A stretch of 27,630 nt of DNA, from the IMG/VR virus record IMGVR_UViG_3300047275_000314, positions 1 to 27,630 of that record. One strand, written 5' to 3'. The position numbers were made by a program, and so were the translations under genes. The notes under the pieces were generated by a model. That model was given only the letters and a program-made list of their open reading frames with translations, was not told the DNA's origin and searched no databases. Source of the stretch: a virus. Taxonomy: Duplodnaviria > Caudoviricetes. Each line of letters opens with the position of its first letter. Position 1 is the stretch's first letter. Shown here in pieces: positions 24,937-27,630 of the stretch.

Positions 24937-25688
24937 GATTCCTTATTTCGCTGGCGCTATTGGCCCTCTGCGGCTGCTCTACCATCAAGGGGTGGTTCTC
25001 CCCCGAGGAGGAGCCTAAGAAGGTCGTGGTGACCCAGTCTGCCAACCCCAGCGATATGTCTAAACTGGGGGATAAGATCGACAAGTCGGACAGCCGTGTG
25101 GCGGCAGCCGTCACGGTTATGATCGAAAACAAGGATAAACCTCCCGTGGTCGAGTCCGAGGGCAACCTGGCCCTGGCTTATCTCCCCAGGGCATCAGAAG
25201 GTGATCTTGCCTTCGCCAGGGCTAGGGCAGCCAAGGCCGACCCGAAGGACTACCTTGAGCAGTCCAAGTTCGCCAAGGAGTTTCTGGCCGGGATAGACAA
25301 GGAATGGAAGGAGGCTCAGGACAAGGCCAAGAAGAATGCCGAAGACCTGACGGCTGCGCTGACCAAGATCAATGAACTGAATGCCGAACTAGGCAGAGTC
25401 CGCAAGGAGTCGGATGAGAAGATCCGCAAGGCAGAGGCCGAGGGCAGCAAGAACCTGTGGACTCTGGCGGGGGTGGGGATGGTCGGTCTTGGGGCAGTCG
25501 TAAGCGCCTTTATGGGCTTCCGTACGGGTGGCATCATCCTAGTATGTGGGGCATTCTGCGGTGCTATGCCGTATGTATATGGCTCAGAACACTTTATGTG
25601 GACTGTTGCAGCCACGCTTGTGATTGCGGCGGGACTGGGTCTATGGAGGCTGTACGACTACATCAAGGACAAGAATGACGCCTCCTAG
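24933..25688 (+). CDS. Lipoprotein with coiled coil and ~3 C-terminal TM helices (u-spanin-like architecture)
   Basis: MRFLISLALLALCG-C lipobox; charged helical middle; hydrophobic helices from ~25455 to 25655. Confidence 0.7.
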   Translation: MRFLISLALLALCGCSTIKGWFSPEEEPKKVVVTQSANPSDMSKLGDKIDKSDSRVAAAVTVMIENKDKPPVVESEGNLALAYLPRASEGDLAFARARAAKADPKDYLEQSKFAKEFLAGIDKEWKEAQDKAKKNAEDLTAALTKINELNAELGRVRKESDEKIRKAEAEGSKNLWTLAGVGMVGLGAVVSAFMGFRTGGIILVCGAFCGAMPYVYGSEHFMWTVAATLVIAAGLGLWRLYDYIKDKNDAS

Positions 25689-26019
25689 CAGCAATAACCC
25701 TGACGACTACTCCGTGGTCGTAAAGGACTCAGTCATCGCCTCTGCCCTTGGGATGGCCGGGATGGCAGCCCGCATCCTGATTGACACCACCCCCTTGTCC
25801 AAGGGCTGGATCATAAGGCGCACAATCGTGGCAGGTCTTGTGAGTGTATTCTTCGGCTTCTGGGTGCAGGATCACATTCAGTCCTGGGGGCCGAAGTTCT
25901 GCTCCATTGGCTTGGCCGGGGCTATGGCTCCAGAAATACTGGACGCCGTGTTGAAGCGGGCGAAGAGCAAGATTGATTCCGAGGTGAACCCCGATGGAAA
26001 GAAGCGGAAGCGAAAGTAA
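25675..26019 (+). CDS. Holin-like protein (LydA-like, ~3 TM)
   Basis: Three hydrophobic segments, IGLAGAMAPEILD motif, basic C-terminus KKRKRK; ATG 25675 preferred. Confidence 0.7.
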   Translation: MTPPSSNNPDDYSVVVKDSVIASALGMAGMAARILIDTTPLSKGWIIRRTIVAGLVSVFFGFWVQDHIQSWGPKFCSIGLAGAMAPEILDAVLKRAKSKIDSEVNPDGKKRKRK

Positions 26020-26296
26020 TCTGGTCTGGGCTGTCGGCCTGATCCTTGGCATCGCCTGCGGGTGCGCCGTCTACACGGCCATTGTGATCGAGACCACGCT
26101 GGCAACCCTTCAGAACTCCAAGACGATGGTCGTACTCATAGGTGCGAACTCATTCGCTTCAGATGACCCAGCCCTGGAGCGTCAACTCAACCAGGCTTCC
26201 CACACACTAGCCACGGCCTGCGAGGTTTCATACGGAGTCGTCACCGCAGGACTGATCATAGCCATCGGCCTAGCCATCCGTGTCCTGAAGAAGTGA
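25994..26296 (+). CDS. Two-TM membrane protein in lysis cassette
   Basis: Hydrophobic LVWAVGLILGIACGCAVYTAIVI and GVVTAGLIIAIGLAI around a ~45-aa loop; C-terminal RVLKK. Confidence 0.8.
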   Translation: MERSGSESNLVWAVGLILGIACGCAVYTAIVIETTLATLQNSKTMVVLIGANSFASDDPALERQLNQASHTLATACEVSYGVVTAGLIIAIGLAIRVLKK

Positions 26297-26350
26297 ATTC
26301 GGTGTGAACCAATTTCAGTTTGACCTGAATGCGGTTTCTCCGATGATCAT

Positions 26351-26417
26351 CACATCTTCGGAGCCAGGTCGGAAAGTCGTTGTGCGTGGCGTCTCATAGG
26401 GTGGCTCCGAGGATATG
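26351..26417 (+). ncRNA. Candidate structured sRNA or 3'-end stem-loop
   Basis: 13-bp stem ATCTTCGGAGCCA(26354-66)/TGGCTCCGAGGAT(26402-14), 35-nt loop; TTGACC at 26320 upstream. Confidence 0.4.
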
Positions 26418-26448
26418 ACCCCCTGATGCCCGACCCATCAGAGGGTCA
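26416..26448 (-). terminator. Hairpin at 3' end of the minus-strand operon (no U tract)
   Basis: Minus strand TGACCCTCTGATG-GGTCGGG-CATCAGGGGGTCA, 13 bp including one U-G pair; overlaps stop codon at 26438-26440. Confidence 0.45.
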
Positions 26449-26716
26449 GCCCTACCTCTTTGCAGAAGGACTTGTCCAGAAGGTAGTGAACCTTGTGCCG
26501 GATGCGCCCGTTGCCGACAATGCATCTGAACATCTTGGACTCTACCTTGTCGAGGTTTTTGAGTCTGGCAATCAGCCGAACCAATTGGCGCTCGCTTATG
26601 CCGAACTTGTCGGCCAACTGCTTGCTTGAAAGCCAGCCCTTGGGAATCTCGTCCACGCTTGTCCGGCGATTGATGTACGAGAAGATTCTATCTATGGTCT
26701 TTATGTCTTTTTTCAT
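26438..26716 (-). CDS. Winged-HTH DNA-binding protein
   Basis: GWLSSKQLADKFGISERQLVRLIARL HTH followed by a beta wing. Confidence 0.75.
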   Translation of the reverse strand: MKKDIKTIDRIFSYINRRTSVDEIPKGWLSSKQLADKFGISERQLVRLIARLKNLDKVESKMFRCIVGNGRIRHKVHYLLDKSFCKEVGLTL

Positions 26717-26885
26717 CGGCGTAGTTGTCTAGGAAATGTTGGCACTTGCCCTTTTCGTTCACCTTGCCCCTGATCCAAGACTGGAGCAGGTCATCGGCCT
26801 TGATTGTGAAACGCAGGCATCGTTCCTTGTTCGGGCATAGTTCCTTGTCTAGGATGCCGTCACACTTTGAGATGTCGTTGTTCAC
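26688..26885 (-). CDS. Small four-Cys (putative Zn-binding) phage protein
   Basis: DISKC...CPNKERCLRF...QSW...CQHF pattern common in small phage genes. Confidence 0.8.
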   Translation of the reverse strand: MNNDISKCDGILDKELCPNKERCLRFTIKADDLLQSWIRGKVNEKGKCQHFLDNYADEKRHKDHR

Positions 26886-27091
26886 TCGACAGGCGCTGCG
26901 TCAGGAGTGATGGCGCCTCCTGAAATGATGGATGCTTCAAGTTCGGCGATGCGGGACTTTAGTTCCTTGTTCTCACGCTGAAGCCTTTCGCCACGATCCC
27001 AATATGACCTGGCGAGGTCGCTGAGTCTGAGGACTTCGTGGTTGAGCCACTCAAAGTGGGTGAGGTCGATTGTGATCTTGTTAGGTTCCAT
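26882..27091 (-). CDS. Small coiled-coil hypothetical protein
   Basis: ERLQRENKELKSRIAELE; ATGA overlap with next gene. Confidence 0.75.
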   Translation of the reverse strand: MEPNKITIDLTHFEWLNHEVLRLSDLARSYWDRGERLQRENKELKSRIAELEASIISGGAITPDAAPVE

Positions 27092-27410
27092 TGCGTTTGA
27101 GTTTGATCTTCATCTCCCAAGCCATCCTAGAAATTGAGTACGGCTTCAAGCCATATTTCTTGGCCGCTTCCTTGGAAGATAGGTTCTGCTCCAGGGCTGC
27201 GAAGACTGCGTCCTTGACCCTGCCGTACTTGACCTTGCCGGAGTAATGACGCAGTTCGATGCCCATACGCCAAGCGCAGGTTCTTATGGCTGGCATAGTC
27301 GTGTTGAACTCCTTGGCTGCCTCAGGGATGCTCAAGTTCCTGCGCTTTGCCTCAAGCACGACATCACGGGTCTTGCCGTAACCAAGGATGCTCTGTCCTT
27401 TAAGCCTCAT
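27081..27410 (-). CDS. Protein with two tandem HTH-like repeats
   Basis: YGKTRDVV..NLSIPEAAKEF..AWRMGIEL and YGRVKDAV..NLSSKEAAKKY..AWEMKIKL. Confidence 0.8.
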   Translation of the reverse strand: MRLKGQSILGYGKTRDVVLEAKRRNLSIPEAAKEFNTTMPAIRTCAWRMGIELRHYSGKVKYGRVKDAVFAALEQNLSSKEAAKKYGLKPYSISRMAWEMKIKLKRNGT

Positions 27411-27600
27411 TGCTGATGTCGAAAGTGTCGTTTTGGATTATGGCGAACTGGTTTGAAAGCATATGCCTGATCATCCCGTCCTTCTCCAGAACCACGGCAA
27501 AGATGTCATTGCAGTACATACCGCCGTCACGGACATAAAGTAGATAGCCGTACCCCAGGGGGGTCTTCACCGGGATTGGGTTGCGGAATTCGTGAATCAT
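27400..27600 (-). CDS. Conserved small phage hypothetical protein
   Basis: MIHEFRNPIPVKTPLGYG...N.TF motif; overlaps neighbours. Confidence 0.8.
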   Translation of the reverse strand: MIHEFRNPIPVKTPLGYGYLLYVRDGGMYCNDIFAVVLEKDGMIRHMLSNQFAIIQNDTFDISNEA

Positions 27601-27630
27601 TGCCTGCCAGCATCCCAGCGTGATATGATG
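27597..27630 (-). CDS. 3' end of a gene entering from outside the window
   Basis: ...IISRWDAGRQ-stop with ATGA overlap onto the 27600 start. Confidence 0.45.
   Translation of the reverse strand, partial: IISRWDAGRQ

Larger units (their letters stand above)
1..27630. mobile_element. Tailed dsDNA phage genome segment (podovirus-like morphogenesis and lysis module)
   Basis: Ordered terminase-portal-scaffold-capsid-adaptor-nozzle-fibre-ejection proteins-lysis; no tape measure, tail tube or sheath; no host genes or integrase seen. Confidence 0.97.

Noticed and set aside
26361-26410. SRP RNA (CAGGTC-GGAA) or tRNA-Met remnant (CTCATA)
   Set aside because: Lacks the GGAAGCAG half of SRP helix 8 and any T-arm or paired anticodon stem

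Overview
A contiguous virion-morphogenesis and lysis region of a tailed dsDNA phage with podovirus-type gene order. On the + strand: two hypothetical genes, tRNA-Thr(UGU), small basic proteins, terminase large subunit, a small HTH gene, portal, scaffold, DUF5309/SU10-type major capsid, adaptor, a repeat-rich Tyr/Gly/Asn surface protein, tail nozzle, tail fibre, a GNAT-like protein, three internal (ejection) proteins of 351, 732 and 2598 aa, and a lysis-position cassette (lipoprotein with C-terminal TM helices, holin-like protein, 2-TM protein) with no recognisable endolysin. These converge, across a hairpin-rich 150-bp gap, on small - strand genes. Genes are mostly translationally coupled and lack Shine-Dalgarno motifs; the lipoprotein implies a diderm host (a PVC/Verrucomicrobia-type host is only a guess). 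Most notable: a Cys-initiated CWVAREVYG C-terminal domain on an ejection protein, two putative H-type pseudoknots flanking the scaffold start codon, a u-spanin-like multi-TM lipoprotein, a candidate promoter-driven hairpin sRNA, and apparent genome-wide avoidance of AGCT, CATG and ACGT. All family assignments come from motif recognition and synteny by eye, not from database searches.
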